NCBI GenBank assembly: GCA_050117845.1 | Contig: JASFLY010000010.1 | Location: forward strand, 1-64,000 | Origin: Candidatus Zixiibacteriota bacterium | GTDB lineage: Bacteria; RBG-13-66-14; B26-G2; WVWN01 | Length of the DNA: 64,000 nt | Direction: 5' to 3' | Part shown: piece by piece, positions 18,021 to 27,651 of the stretch | Layout of the letters: each line of letters begins with the position of its first letter | Numbering within the stretch: the stretch's first letter is position 1 | Position numbers and translations under genes: made by a program | Notes under the pieces: model-generated | Told to the model about the DNA's origin: nothing | The model's database searches: none | What the model saw: the letters and a program-made list of their open reading frames with translations, nothing else

Positions 18021-19574
18021 TTGCTAAAAAAAATCATCGTACTAGTCCTGGCGGTCGCCAGCGCGGCCTCGGCTTATAACTTCAACGACTGGCTGTCCCT
18101 AAACGGTACCAACAGCGCCGTGTACATGCGTCAGAAAGAGGACGGCCAGCGCTGGACCTGGGATATACTGCAAACCGAATTGTGGGCGTGGCGCTTCGCC
18201 GCCGGCGCCGAAGTCGAGTTCAACCATCCCCGCCGGCCGGTAGTCGAGCCGGTAGACCGCGTTTACCCGGAAGGCGACGAACTCATCCAGCGTTACGGCC
18301 GCTACCGCGACGACATCTTCGACGTCCGCGTCGGCGACTTCGATAAAACGCTGGGCAAAGGTCTCGTCCTGCGCTCGTACGCCGACCGGGATTTCGAGGT
18401 CTACCACCGCCTCGACGGCGGCGTGGCCGACGTCCACGTATCGTTCGCCGATCGCGACTGGGGCGACGTAACGGCCCTCTGGGGCAAGAATAACCGCGAC
18501 GAAGAATTCTTCGAAGAGGGCGATACCATAGCCGGCGGCCAGATAACCTTCCGTCCTTTCGACTTCGTGTACGTGAGCGGCGCGGGCGTACAGGCGGATA
18601 TCGAGTACGTTTCTTACCCTTCCAACGAAACGGTGGAAGAGAAACTGTACTCCGGCGGCCTGGGCGGCGGTTGGCGCTACTTCGACGTGTACGCGGAGTA
18701 CGCCACGCGTAAGGGGTACGACCTCAACCTCCAGGAGGATGTCAACGGCTCCGGCATCTACGGCGTCGCTACCGGATATCTCCCTCGCTCCAGCGTCAGC
18801 GTGGAGTATAAGAAGTACGACGACCTCTCGTACGGCTATTCCAACCCACCGCCGTGTTCGGTGCGGGAATCGGCCATCGTAGGGCCCGACAGCCTGGGCG
18901 GCGGCGAATGGGGATACTACGTGCAGGCCACCGGGAACCCCACTGACGACGTACGGCTCCGCGGGGGGTATAGTTACGCCGACAACGTCGTCGGCGACGT
19001 AGAGGAAAAGACCGAAATGATAAAAGAGTATTTCGGCGAGGTCCGCTACGACCTGCCGTGGCCCGTTGTCCTGGAGGCCGGGTACGAGTACGCCGAAGAC
19101 CCGCATTTCGAGTTCGGTATAGAGGACCCGACGGACGGAGAAGTCCGTCGCATACCTTCCCTCGGCGTTAGTACGACGCCGTGGGACGATCACTCCTTCG
19201 CGGCCGAATTCGAACGCGAGAACCTGACCGAATACGCGCTGAACGCGTCCGAGGATTATACTTACAACCGCGGGTCACTCGGGTATACTTATTCGTCGTG
19301 GCTCGGCCTCACGGTTTCTTATGAGGATTCGGATAAGACGGAGCAGGAATTGATAGCCTGGGGCGAACCGCCCAAGTTGCCGGACTTATACCGTGAAAAA
19401 AACAAATGGTTTTGGGGCGAGGTCCGGCTGTCGTGGTACAACCCGACCTTCCAGAACCATACCCTCACGGTAGGCTACGGGTCGCAGCGCGGCGGCTTGA
19501 TATGCTCGAGCGGCGTATGCCAGCAGCAGGCCCCGTTCACCGGCCTTAAAGTTGCGCTCGAGGGTTCGTTCTAA
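18021..19574 (+). CDS. Outer-membrane beta-barrel-like protein, DUF6029-like (copy 1)
   Basis: Signal peptide; alternating aromatic beta-strands; VGDFDKTLGKGLVLRS; C-terminal YGSQRGGLICSSGVC..PFTG..F. Confidence 0.75.
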   Translation: MLKKIIVLVLAVASAASAYNFNDWLSLNGTNSAVYMRQKEDGQRWTWDILQTELWAWRFAAGAEVEFNHPRRPVVEPVDRVYPEGDELIQRYGRYRDDIFDVRVGDFDKTLGKGLVLRSYADRDFEVYHRLDGGVADVHVSFADRDWGDVTALWGKNNRDEEFFEEGDTIAGGQITFRPFDFVYVSGAGVQADIEYVSYPSNETVEEKLYSGGLGGGWRYFDVYAEYATRKGYDLNLQEDVNGSGIYGVATGYLPRSSVSVEYKKYDDLSYGYSNPPPCSVRESAIVGPDSLGGGEWGYYVQATGNPTDDVRLRGGYSYADNVVGDVEEKTEMIKEYFGEVRYDLPWPVVLEAGYEYAEDPHFEFGIEDPTDGEVRRIPSLGVSTTPWDDHSFAAEFERENLTEYALNASEDYTYNRGSLGYTYSSWLGLTVSYEDSDKTEQELIAWGEPPKLPDLYREKNKWFWGEVRLSWYNPTFQNHTLTVGYGSQRGGLICSSGVCQQQAPFTGLKVALEGSF

Positions 19575-19609
19575 GGTCCGGCACGTATTCCTACTCCCGG
19601 GAGGGAGGC

Positions 19610-21166
19610 ATGACGGTACTGAAAAAAGCCGGCCTACTACTGCTCGTAACCGCCGGCGTGGCCACGGCTTATAACTTCAACGACTGGCTGTCCCTAAACG
19701 GTACCAACAGCGCCGTGTACATGCGCCAGAAAGAGGACGGCCAACGCTGGACCTGGGATATTCTGCAAACCGAACTGTGGGCGTGGCGCTTCGCCGTCGG
19801 CGCCGAGGCCGAGTTCAACCATCCCCGCAGGCCTGTGGTCGAACCGGGTGACGGCGTATATCCGGAAGGCGACGAACTTATCCAGCGTTACGGCCGCTAT
19901 CGCGACGACATCTTCGACGTCCGCGTCGGCGACTTCGACAAGACGTTGGGCAAGGGTCTAATATTGCGCTCGTACGCCGACCGGGATTACGAGGTCTACC
20001 ACCGCCTCGACGGCGGCGTGGCCGACGTCCACGTGTCGTTCGCCGATCGCGACTGGGGTGGCGTAACGGCGCTATGGGGAAAGAATAATCGTGACGAGAC
20101 GAAGTACGATGAGGGTGATACCGTCGCCGGCGGCCAGATTACCTTTCGCCCCTTCGACTTCGTGTACGTGACCGGCGCGGGCGTGCAGGCGGATATCGAA
20201 TACGCTGCTTACCCTTCCAACGAGACGGTGGAAAATAAACTGTACTCCGGCGGCCTGGGCGGCGGCTGGCGTTACTTCGACTTCTACGGCGAGTACGCCA
20301 CGCGCGAGGGTTACGAACCCAACCTTCACGAGGATATCAACGGCTCCGGCGTCTACGGCGTCGTTACCGGGTACCTCCCTCGTTCCAGCGTCAGCGTGGA
20401 GTATAAGAGGTACGAGGACCTCTCGTACGGTTATTCCAACCCGCCGCCGTGTTCCGTGCGGGAATCGGCCATCGTAGGGCCCGACAGCCTGGGCGGCGGC
20501 GAATGGGGATACTATTTTCAGGCTACGGGGAACCCCGTCGACGCGGTACGGCTCCGCGGCGGCTATAGCTACGCCGACGACGTCGTCGGCGACGTCGTCG
20601 ATAAGAACCAGGAAATCGAGGAATACTTCGGCGAGGTCCGCTACGACCTGCCGTGGCCCGTGGTCCTGGAGGCCGGGTACGAGTACGCCGAAGACCCGCA
20701 TTACGAGTTCGGTATAGAGGACCCGACGGACGGAGAAGTCCGTCGCATACCTTCCCTCGGCGTTAGTACGACGCCGTGGGACGATCACTCCTTCGCGGCC
20801 GAATTCGAACGCGAGAGCCTGACCGAATACCAGTTGAGCGCTTCCTACGATTATACTTATAATCGCGGTTCCCTTGGTTACACTTATTCGTCGTGGCTCG
20901 GCCTGACGGTCTCGTACGAGGAAACGGACCAGACGGCCCTGGAGTTAATCGAAAAGCGCGAACCCAAATTGCCGGATTTAGTCCGTTACAAAAACGAGTG
21001 GCTGTGGGGCGAGGTCCGGCTGTCGTGGTACAACCCGACCTTCCAGAACCACACGCTCACGATAGGCTACGGGTCGCAGCGCGGCGGCCTGGTTTGCTCG
21101 AGCGGCGTATGCCAGCAGCAGGCCCCGTTCACCGGCCTTAAAGTAGCGCTCGAGAGTTCGTTCTAG
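19610..21166 (+). CDS. Outer-membrane beta-barrel-like protein, DUF6029-like (copy 2, tandem paralogue)
   Basis: Colinear and highly similar to 18021-19574 from the mature N-terminus (AYNFNDWLSL) onward; different signal peptide. Confidence 0.75.
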   Translation: MTVLKKAGLLLLVTAGVATAYNFNDWLSLNGTNSAVYMRQKEDGQRWTWDILQTELWAWRFAVGAEAEFNHPRRPVVEPGDGVYPEGDELIQRYGRYRDDIFDVRVGDFDKTLGKGLILRSYADRDYEVYHRLDGGVADVHVSFADRDWGGVTALWGKNNRDETKYDEGDTVAGGQITFRPFDFVYVTGAGVQADIEYAAYPSNETVENKLYSGGLGGGWRYFDFYGEYATREGYEPNLHEDINGSGVYGVVTGYLPRSSVSVEYKRYEDLSYGYSNPPPCSVRESAIVGPDSLGGGEWGYYFQATGNPVDAVRLRGGYSYADDVVGDVVDKNQEIEEYFGEVRYDLPWPVVLEAGYEYAEDPHYEFGIEDPTDGEVRRIPSLGVSTTPWDDHSFAAEFERESLTEYQLSASYDYTYNRGSLGYTYSSWLGLTVSYEETDQTALELIEKREPKLPDLVRYKNEWLWGEVRLSWYNPTFQNHTLTIGYGSQRGGLVCSSGVCQQQAPFTGLKVALESSF

Positions 21167-21185
21167 TAGATAGAGGCGTATTGAG

Positions 21186-22130
21186 TTGAGGGCTTTTTCG
21201 GTATATCTGCTTGCGGCCGGCCTGGCGTTCGCGGCTACCTCCTGCGCCAAAAAGGAAGTCGCCGAAGGCGATGCCGTGCCTACGGCCGACGCTCCGGCGT
21301 CCCCGGCCGTCAAGGAGGCCAACGTCGCCGGCCAGTTCTACCCGGGCGACGCGGCCGAACTCGCCGCCGTGGTGAAGGCCAAACTGGCCGAAGCCGAAAA
21401 GACCCTCGACGCCGAAGACGTCGTCGCCATCATCGCGCCCCACGCCGGCTACGAGTACTCGGGCGGCGTGGCCGCGACGGCCTTCCGCCAGGTCGAGGGC
21501 CGCCGGCCCGCCACGGTGGTCCTGCTCGGCCCCAGCCACCACTGCGGCGCGTACGAGATAGCCACCGGGACCTACGGCGGCTACAAAACGCCCCTCGGCG
21601 TGGCCGAAGTGGACGGCGACTTCGTGGGGGCGGTGGCGGAGAAGTGCCCGGACGTGGAGTACACCAACGTCCCGTTCGAGAAGGAGCATGGCCTGGAGGT
21701 CCAGCTGCCCTTCGTCCAGACGCTCTTCCCGGAGGCGCGGGTAGCGCCGTTCATCTTCTGCCGGCACGACGGCGCGGTGGCGGGGCGCTTCGGCCGGGCG
21801 TTGGCGGAGGTCATCGACGATTCGGACGGCGACGTACTTATCGTAACCACGGTCGACCTGAGCCATTACCACCCGTACGACGAGGCGGTGCGGCTCGACC
21901 GGGCCTTTCTCGAAACCTACGAACGCTTCGACGCCGGGGCGATATTCCGCGGCTCGGGCGACGGCGAGTTCGAGATAGACGCCCCGGGCCCCGTGGCCGC
22001 GACCTTCAATTGCGCGAAGAAATTGGGCGCCGCCGAGGCGGTAACGCTCGAGTACAAGAACTCCGGCGACGTAACCGGCGACTCCAGCCGGGGCGTCGTG
22101 GGCTACGCCGCCGCGGCGGTCGTAAAATAG
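21186..22130 (+). CDS. amrB: AmmeMemoRadiSam system protein B (Memo-like), with lipoprotein signal
   Basis: VAGQFYP, PHAGYEYSG, GPSHH, EHGLEVQLPF, DLSHY, NSGDV, VVGY; N-terminal FAATSC. Confidence 0.9.
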   Translation: MRAFSVYLLAAGLAFAATSCAKKEVAEGDAVPTADAPASPAVKEANVAGQFYPGDAAELAAVVKAKLAEAEKTLDAEDVVAIIAPHAGYEYSGGVAATAFRQVEGRRPATVVLLGPSHHCGAYEIATGTYGGYKTPLGVAEVDGDFVGAVAEKCPDVEYTNVPFEKEHGLEVQLPFVQTLFPEARVAPFIFCRHDGAVAGRFGRALAEVIDDSDGDVLIVTTVDLSHYHPYDEAVRLDRAFLETYERFDAGAIFRGSGDGEFEIDAPGPVAATFNCAKKLGAAEAVTLEYKNSGDVTGDSSRGVVGYAAAAVVK

Positions 22131-22140
22131 AAAATCGCTT

Positions 22141-22623
22141 ATGACGGATACCGGAAAAGAAATTGAAGGCGTAATCGTAAAACCCCGGAAACTTGTAAGG
22201 GACGACCGGGGTTGGCTTATGGAAGTGCTGCGCGCGGACGACCCGGACTTCCGGCGCTTCGGCCAGGTCTACGTGACCGTCGCCCGGCCGGGGGTCGTTA
22301 AGGCCTGGCACTGCCACGAGCGCCAGACGGACCACCTGGCCGTCGTGGCGGGCGTGGGCCGCATCGCGCTCTACGACGGCCGCGACGGTTCGCCCACCGC
22401 CGGGAACGTCGTCGAGGTCATCGCGGGGGAGGACAACCCCGTCCTCGTCGTCGTGCCGCCGGGCGTGTACCACGGCTTCGCGTCGGCGAACGGCGAGCCG
22501 GTCCACGTCCTCAACCTCCCGACCGAACTTTACGATTACGACAACCCCGACGAACTGCGGCGGCCCTATAACGACCCGGGAATACCGTACGACTGGGGCG
22601 AGGCCGACCCGGCGAGCGGGTAG
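22141..22623 (+). CDS. rfbC: dTDP-4-dehydrorhamnose 3,5-epimerase family (cupin)
   Basis: DDRGWLME, PGVVKAWHCH, VPPGVYHGF. Confidence 0.85.
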   Translation: MTDTGKEIEGVIVKPRKLVRDDRGWLMEVLRADDPDFRRFGQVYVTVARPGVVKAWHCHERQTDHLAVVAGVGRIALYDGRDGSPTAGNVVEVIAGEDNPVLVVVPPGVYHGFASANGEPVHVLNLPTELYDYDNPDELRRPYNDPGIPYDWGEADPASG

Positions 22624-22655
22624 GATGGGCGACGCAAGGCCACGCGAGGGTTAAT

Positions 22656-23396
22656 ATGAAAGGCGTCATCACCGCCGGCGGGACGGGGTCCCGACTCCTC
22701 CCGATAACGAAGATAACGAACAAGCACCTCCTGCCGGTGTACGACCGGCCCATGATCTATTACCCGCTCACGACGCTGGTGCAGGCCGGCATCGAGGACA
22801 TCATGGTCGTGACCGGCGGCGAGTTCGCGGGGGACTTCCTGCGGCTTCTGGGCAACGGCGCCGAGTTCGGCCTCAAGCGCCTCCACTACGCCTACCAGGA
22901 GGGCTCCGGCGGCATCGCCGCGGCGCTCGCGCTGGCGGAGGACTTCGCGGACGGCGAGCCGGTGGCCGTCATCCTGGGCGACACGATAATCGAGGGCAAC
23001 GTGAACCGCGCCGTCGCCGAGTTCGGGGAGCAGGGACGGGGCGCGCGGATTTTCCTCAAAGAGGTGGACGACCCGCGGCGCTTCGGCGTGGCCGTGGTCG
23101 ACGGCGGCCGCGTAACCCGCATCGTCGAGAAGCCGGACGACCCGCCGGCCAACTACGCCGTCCTCGGCATATACCTGTACGACGGCGGCGTCTTCGATAT
23201 CATCCGGAACCTCAAACCCTCCGACAGGGGCGAACTCGAAATAACCGACGTCAACAACGCGTACGTGGAGCGGGGGGAGATGACGTACGCCGTGCTGAAC
23301 GGCTGGTGGACCGACGCCGGGACCTTCCCGTCGCTTTTGCGGGCGTCGACGCTCGTCGCGGACACGGGGGCCTGCAAGGAAGACATTACAACCTAA
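22656..23396 (+). CDS. rfbA: Glucose-1-phosphate thymidylyltransferase (short SpsI/RfbA type)
   Basis: AGGTGSRL.PITKITNKHLLPVYDRPMIYYPL, EKP, PSDRGELEITD, WTDAGT. Confidence 0.9.
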   Translation: MKGVITAGGTGSRLLPITKITNKHLLPVYDRPMIYYPLTTLVQAGIEDIMVVTGGEFAGDFLRLLGNGAEFGLKRLHYAYQEGSGGIAAALALAEDFADGEPVAVILGDTIIEGNVNRAVAEFGEQGRGARIFLKEVDDPRRFGVAVVDGGRVTRIVEKPDDPPANYAVLGIYLYDGGVFDIIRNLKPSDRGELEITDVNNAYVERGEMTYAVLNGWWTDAGTFPSLLRASTLVADTGACKEDITT

Positions 23397-23409
23397 GGGG
23401 ACTTTCGTC

Positions 23410-24414
23410 GTGAACCGGAAAAAACTTTACGGGATAATCGTACTCGTGGGGGTGGTCGTCGTGACGGCCGGCGTGCTGGTCGTCGTCCTGAACATGAAGA
23501 CGATAGACGTTACCTCCGACCTGAGTTGTAAGGTAACGTTCGGGAAGATGTCCGCGGGCGAGGCCGAGCGCGTCCTGGCGGTGGCCGATAAGGAACTGAT
23601 GCCCGGCCGCAAGTACGCCTTCGCCCGGGACGCGTACGCCGCGGTGATAGAGTACCACCACGGCGACTGCCGCGACGACGCCTACCTGGGGATGGCCCGG
23701 GCCTTCCTGGCCGAGGGCAACCGCGCCGAGGCGTACGGCTGGCTCGCACGCGTCGTCGAGGAGTATCCGCGTGGCTCGGCCGTCGAGGAGCACGGCCTGG
23801 ATAAGGCGGCGGCCGACGAACTGGGGAAGATACTGGCCAAGCCCCCGCTCGATTACGGCTGGGCCGTCAAATACCTGAGCCTGTTGTCGGACGCCGAGAG
23901 CCCCGACGCGGCGACCTGGCGGCAGAAGTTCAAGGACATCATCGAAACGCCCTTCGACGTGTCGGCTGCGTATACCCATAAAAAGGAATTGGCGTACGTC
24001 GTGAAGGAAACGGCGACGCGGGACGCCCGCAAAACGGCTCTCTTCTACGCGCAGGAAGAAGTCCCGGGGCAGTTGATCCAGGCCCTCAAGAAACGGGTTA
24101 ACTTCGGCGACGCGGTCCCGGAAGATAAACTCCTCGCGATAATAACCGAGCGGGCGGTATATTCCGACAAGCTGGAGGGCGTCAAGAAAGCCGGCCTGGA
24201 CGAGCAAACGAAGGCCCGAACCGAGGAAAGCCGGGAAGAGATGGGCCTGGGGGAATTGCCGGAGGAATGGGCCAACGCATTCATGGCGGCGGACGAGGAT
24301 ACCGGTTGGGTGGCGTCGGCGCACGTCGTCGGCCAATTGAGGCAAATCACCATCGCCGAGATATTGACCTCCGCCGGCGTCGACCCTTTGACCGGCCGGG
24401 CGGCCGCGCCGTAA
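23410..24414 (+). CDS. Membrane-anchored hypothetical protein with TPR-like helices
   Basis: N-terminal TM helix; DDAYLGMARAFLAEGNRAEAYGWLARVVEEYP TPR-like repeat. Confidence 0.65.
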   Translation: MNRKKLYGIIVLVGVVVVTAGVLVVVLNMKTIDVTSDLSCKVTFGKMSAGEAERVLAVADKELMPGRKYAFARDAYAAVIEYHHGDCRDDAYLGMARAFLAEGNRAEAYGWLARVVEEYPRGSAVEEHGLDKAAADELGKILAKPPLDYGWAVKYLSLLSDAESPDAATWRQKFKDIIETPFDVSAAYTHKKELAYVVKETATRDARKTALFYAQEEVPGQLIQALKKRVNFGDAVPEDKLLAIITERAVYSDKLEGVKKAGLDEQTKARTEESREEMGLGELPEEWANAFMAADEDTGWVASAHVVGQLRQITIAEILTSAGVDPLTGRAAAP

Positions 24415-24433
24415 CGCCGGCGGGTTCGCGTGC

Positions 24434-25252
24434 TTGCCTAAAGAAAAGCCACATATCTACGTTGGCACTTCCGGTTACTCCTATCAGGACTGGAAGGGGC
24501 CTTTTTACGCCGCCGACATCAAAGACCGCGACATGGTTGCCTTCTATGCCCGGCGGTTCCCGGCCGTCGAGGTAAATTTCACCTACTACCGGGTGCCGAG
24601 CGCCCGGACCATCGAGGCCATCGTGCGCAAGGCGCCGAACCTCAGCTACGCGGTTAAGCTCACCGGCGACATCACGCACGAGGGCAAGCTGACCCCCGAA
24701 CTCGCGGCCGACTATCTCCGGGGCGTGGCGCCGATGGTTGAGGCCGGCGTGCTGGGTTGCCTCCTGGCGCAGTTCCCATGGCGCTTCAAGTACACGCCGG
24801 CGGCGATTGAATTCTTGAAAAAGATAATGGGTTATATGGGGGACCTGGGCGTCGTGGCCGAGTTCCGGCACGACAGCTGGGCCGTCGACGAAGCCTACGA
24901 GAAGCTGCGGGAATTGAAGGTGGGGTTCTGCAACGTCGACGAACCCGCGCTCAAGGGCCTGATGCCGGCGACCTCGGTCGCCACGTCCGACGTCGGGTAC
25001 TTCCGCTTCCACGGCCGCAACGCGAAGAAGTGGTGGCGCCACGACGAGGCCGCCGAGCGCTACGACTACCTCTACGCGGAGAAGGAACTCCAGGAGTGGC
25101 TGCCGCGCATCCGGGACGTTGTGGACAAGGCCGAGAAGACGTACGTATTTATGAATAACCACCCGCTGGGCCAGGCCGTAACCAACGCCGAGATGCTGAT
25201 GGATATGCTCGGCCTCGAGTTCGAGTCGTCCGAAGATGCCGCCCTCTTCTAA
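24434..25252 (+). CDS. DUF72 (UPF0759/YecE-like) protein
   Basis: IYVGTSGYSYQDWKGPFY, VEVNFTYY, EFRHDSW, YFRFHGRN, RYDYLY, FMNNH. Confidence 0.92.
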   Translation: MPKEKPHIYVGTSGYSYQDWKGPFYAADIKDRDMVAFYARRFPAVEVNFTYYRVPSARTIEAIVRKAPNLSYAVKLTGDITHEGKLTPELAADYLRGVAPMVEAGVLGCLLAQFPWRFKYTPAAIEFLKKIMGYMGDLGVVAEFRHDSWAVDEAYEKLRELKVGFCNVDEPALKGLMPATSVATSDVGYFRFHGRNAKKWWRHDEAAERYDYLYAEKELQEWLPRIRDVVDKAEKTYVFMNNHPLGQAVTNAEMLMDMLGLEFESSEDAALF

Positions 25253-25757
25253 GAACAGGTTATTGACGATAGTCCTGGCGTTGTCCGCCGTGTCCGCCGT
25301 TACCGCCGTTTATTTTATGAGGACGGGGGGCTGGACCCGTAGCGCCGGCATCTTCGGCGAGGGCCCCGGGTATCGGGTCGTGGACGGCGATACCATAGAA
25401 GTAGAGGACGTCGGCCCCGTGCGCTACATCGGCATCGACGCCCCCGAGCGCGACGAGCCCTATTACGACGAGGCCACGGCCTACAACGCCGAACTCCTCT
25501 CCCGGGGCGAGCTGTCCCTGGCGTACGGCGCCGAGCCGCGGGACCGCTACGACCGGGCGCTGGCGTACGTATACGTTCGCGACGGGGAAGGCCGGAACGT
25601 CTTCGTAAATTGGGAGATGGTCCGGGCGGGATGGGCGAAGACGCTCGAGATCCCGCCCAACGTGCGCTACGCGGACAACTTCCGGCGGGCGGAGAACGAC
25701 GCCCGGCGGTACGAGAGGGGCATCTGGGCGAAGGGCGACGGCGTACCACGGGAGTGA
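25236..25757 (+). CDS. Thermonuclease (SNase) family protein
   Basis: RVVDGDT, VRYIGIDAPE, DRYDRALAYV, RGIW; N-terminal TM. Confidence 0.92.
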   Translation: MPPSSKNRLLTIVLALSAVSAVTAVYFMRTGGWTRSAGIFGEGPGYRVVDGDTIEVEDVGPVRYIGIDAPERDEPYYDEATAYNAELLSRGELSLAYGAEPRDRYDRALAYVYVRDGEGRNVFVNWEMVRAGWAKTLEIPPNVRYADNFRRAENDARRYERGIWAKGDGVPRE

Positions 25758-25760
25758 ATT

Positions 25761-26774
25761 ATGAATAAAGATGTACGGAAGATACTCGTGTGCGGCGGGG
25801 CCGGGTTCATCGGCTCGAACTTCGTGCGCCTCGCGCTCGCGGCCTGGCCCGGGGCCGAGGTCGTCGTGCTGGACAAGTTGACCTACGCCGGCAACCTCGA
25901 GAACCTGCGCGACGTGGAGAACGATCCGCGCTACTCCTTCGTCGAGGGCGACGTCGCCGACCAAGAAGTCGTGCGCCGGGTCGTCGCCGGCTGCGACGTA
26001 TTGATAAACTTCGCCGCCGAGACCCACGTCGACCGGTCGATTCTTTTCCCCCGGGAGTTCGTCGTGACGGACGTCGTCGGGACGTTCACGCTGCTCGAAG
26101 CGGCGCGCGAGTTCGAAGTGGAGAAATTCGTTCAGGTCTCGACGGACGAGGTGTACGGCTCCATCGACGAGGGCGCGTTCGACGAGGCCGCGGCCCTGGA
26201 CCCGACGAACCCGTACTCCGCCTCGAAGGCGGGCGGCGACCTGCTCGCGCTCGCGTACGCCAAGACCTTCGGCGCACCGGTCCTGGTGGCCCGTTCCACG
26301 AATAACTACGGGCCGTTCCAGTATCCCGAGAAATTTATACCGCTGTTCGTCACCAACGCGCTCGACGGCAAACCGCTGCCGATATACGGCGACGGCCGGC
26401 AGGTGCGGAGCTGGTTGCATGTGCGCGACAACTGCGAGGCCATGGCGCTTCTGGTGGAGAAGGGTGAACCCGGCGTCATTTACAACGTCGGCACCGATTG
26501 CGCCTTGGAGAATATCGACGTCACGAGGCGCATCCTCAGGATAATGGGCAAGGGCGAGGAATTGATAACGCACGTCAAGGACCGCCTCGCGCACGACCGC
26601 CGCTACGCGCTCAGTTACGAGCGCATTCGGACCCTGGGCTGGGAACCCCGGACGCCGTTCGACGCCGGCCTGGAGGAAACCGTCAAGTGGTACGTGGAGC
26701 ACGAGGAATGGTGGCGGCCGCTCAAAGACGCCGCTTTCGATAAATACTACGAGCAGCAGTACGGTGATAGATAA
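25761..26774 (+). CDS. rfbB: dTDP-glucose 4,6-dehydratase
   Basis: GGAGFIGSNF, DKLTYAGN, FAAETHVDRSI, STDEVYG, YSASK, HDRRYA. Confidence 0.95.
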   Translation: MNKDVRKILVCGGAGFIGSNFVRLALAAWPGAEVVVLDKLTYAGNLENLRDVENDPRYSFVEGDVADQEVVRRVVAGCDVLINFAAETHVDRSILFPREFVVTDVVGTFTLLEAAREFEVEKFVQVSTDEVYGSIDEGAFDEAAALDPTNPYSASKAGGDLLALAYAKTFGAPVLVARSTNNYGPFQYPEKFIPLFVTNALDGKPLPIYGDGRQVRSWLHVRDNCEAMALLVEKGEPGVIYNVGTDCALENIDVTRRILRIMGKGEELITHVKDRLAHDRRYALSYERIRTLGWEPRTPFDAGLEETVKWYVEHEEWWRPLKDAAFDKYYEQQYGDR

Positions 26775-27651
26775 CAACGCGAAAATATTCGTAACCGGCC
26801 ACCGCGGAATCCTGGGCCGGGCGCTCATGGGCGAACTGGGCCGCCGCGGCTTCGCGGCCGTGGGCGTGGACGTCGCCGAGGTGGACATCACCGACGCCGG
26901 CCGCTTGCGCGCGATCCTGGAACGGGAGACGCCGGACGTCGTCGTCAACTGCGCCGCGTTCACCCGCGTGGACGAGTGCGAGGAGCGCCGGGATCTGTGT
27001 TTCGACGTCAACGCCGGCGGCGCGGGAACGGTCGCGGCCGAAGCGGCGGAAGTCGGCGCCCGCGTCATCCACATCGGCACCGATTACGTCTTCGACGGCC
27101 GGGCCCGGGGGCCCTACGGCGAGGATGCCGAAACGGGGCCGTTATCCGTTTACGGTGAGAGCAAGCTCGAGGGCGAGCGGCTCGTCGCCGAGGCCGCCGC
27201 GGACCACCTCATCGTCCGGACGGCGTCGCTCTTCGGCCTGGGCGGCGTCAGCTTCGTCTCGAAGATACTCACCCGCGCCAAGAACGGCGAGTCGTTGCGC
27301 GTCGTCGAGGACCAGCGCTGCTCCCCGACCTACGCGGCCCACCTGGCGGAGGCGCTGGCGGCCTTGCTCCACGTCGAGTATCGGGGGATAGTCAACGTCG
27401 TCAACGCGGGTTCGGCCACCTGGTTCGAGGTCGCCCGGGAGATATTGAAGCTGACCGGGAACGACGTCCCGCTCGAGCCGGTGGCGACCGCGGACCTGGA
27501 CCTCCCGGCCCCGCGGCCCGCGTATTCGGTTCTGAGCATATCGCGCTTCACCGGCCTCACCGGCCATGTCATGCCGACGTGGCAGGAGGGCCTGGCGGCC
27601 TATTTGCGCGAGTTAAAAGAGGTAAAAGAGGTGCGGGCGGATGCCGATTAG
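26764..27651 (+). CDS. rfbD: dTDP-4-dehydrorhamnose reductase
   Basis: NCAAFTRVDECE, TDYVFDG, YGESKLEGE, DQ..SPT, APRPAYSVL. Confidence 0.93.
   Translation: MIDNNAKIFVTGHRGILGRALMGELGRRGFAAVGVDVAEVDITDAGRLRAILERETPDVVVNCAAFTRVDECEERRDLCFDVNAGGAGTVAAEAAEVGARVIHIGTDYVFDGRARGPYGEDAETGPLSVYGESKLEGERLVAEAAADHLIVRTASLFGLGGVSFVSKILTRAKNGESLRVVEDQRCSPTYAAHLAEALAALLHVEYRGIVNVVNAGSATWFEVAREILKLTGNDVPLEPVATADLDLPAPRPAYSVLSISRFTGLTGHVMPTWQEGLAAYLRELKEVKEVRADAD

Noticed and set aside
18021..21166. Diversity-generating retroelement TR/VR pair
   Set aside because: Both copies are full ORFs, differences are not confined to adenines, and no reverse transcriptase is in the window.
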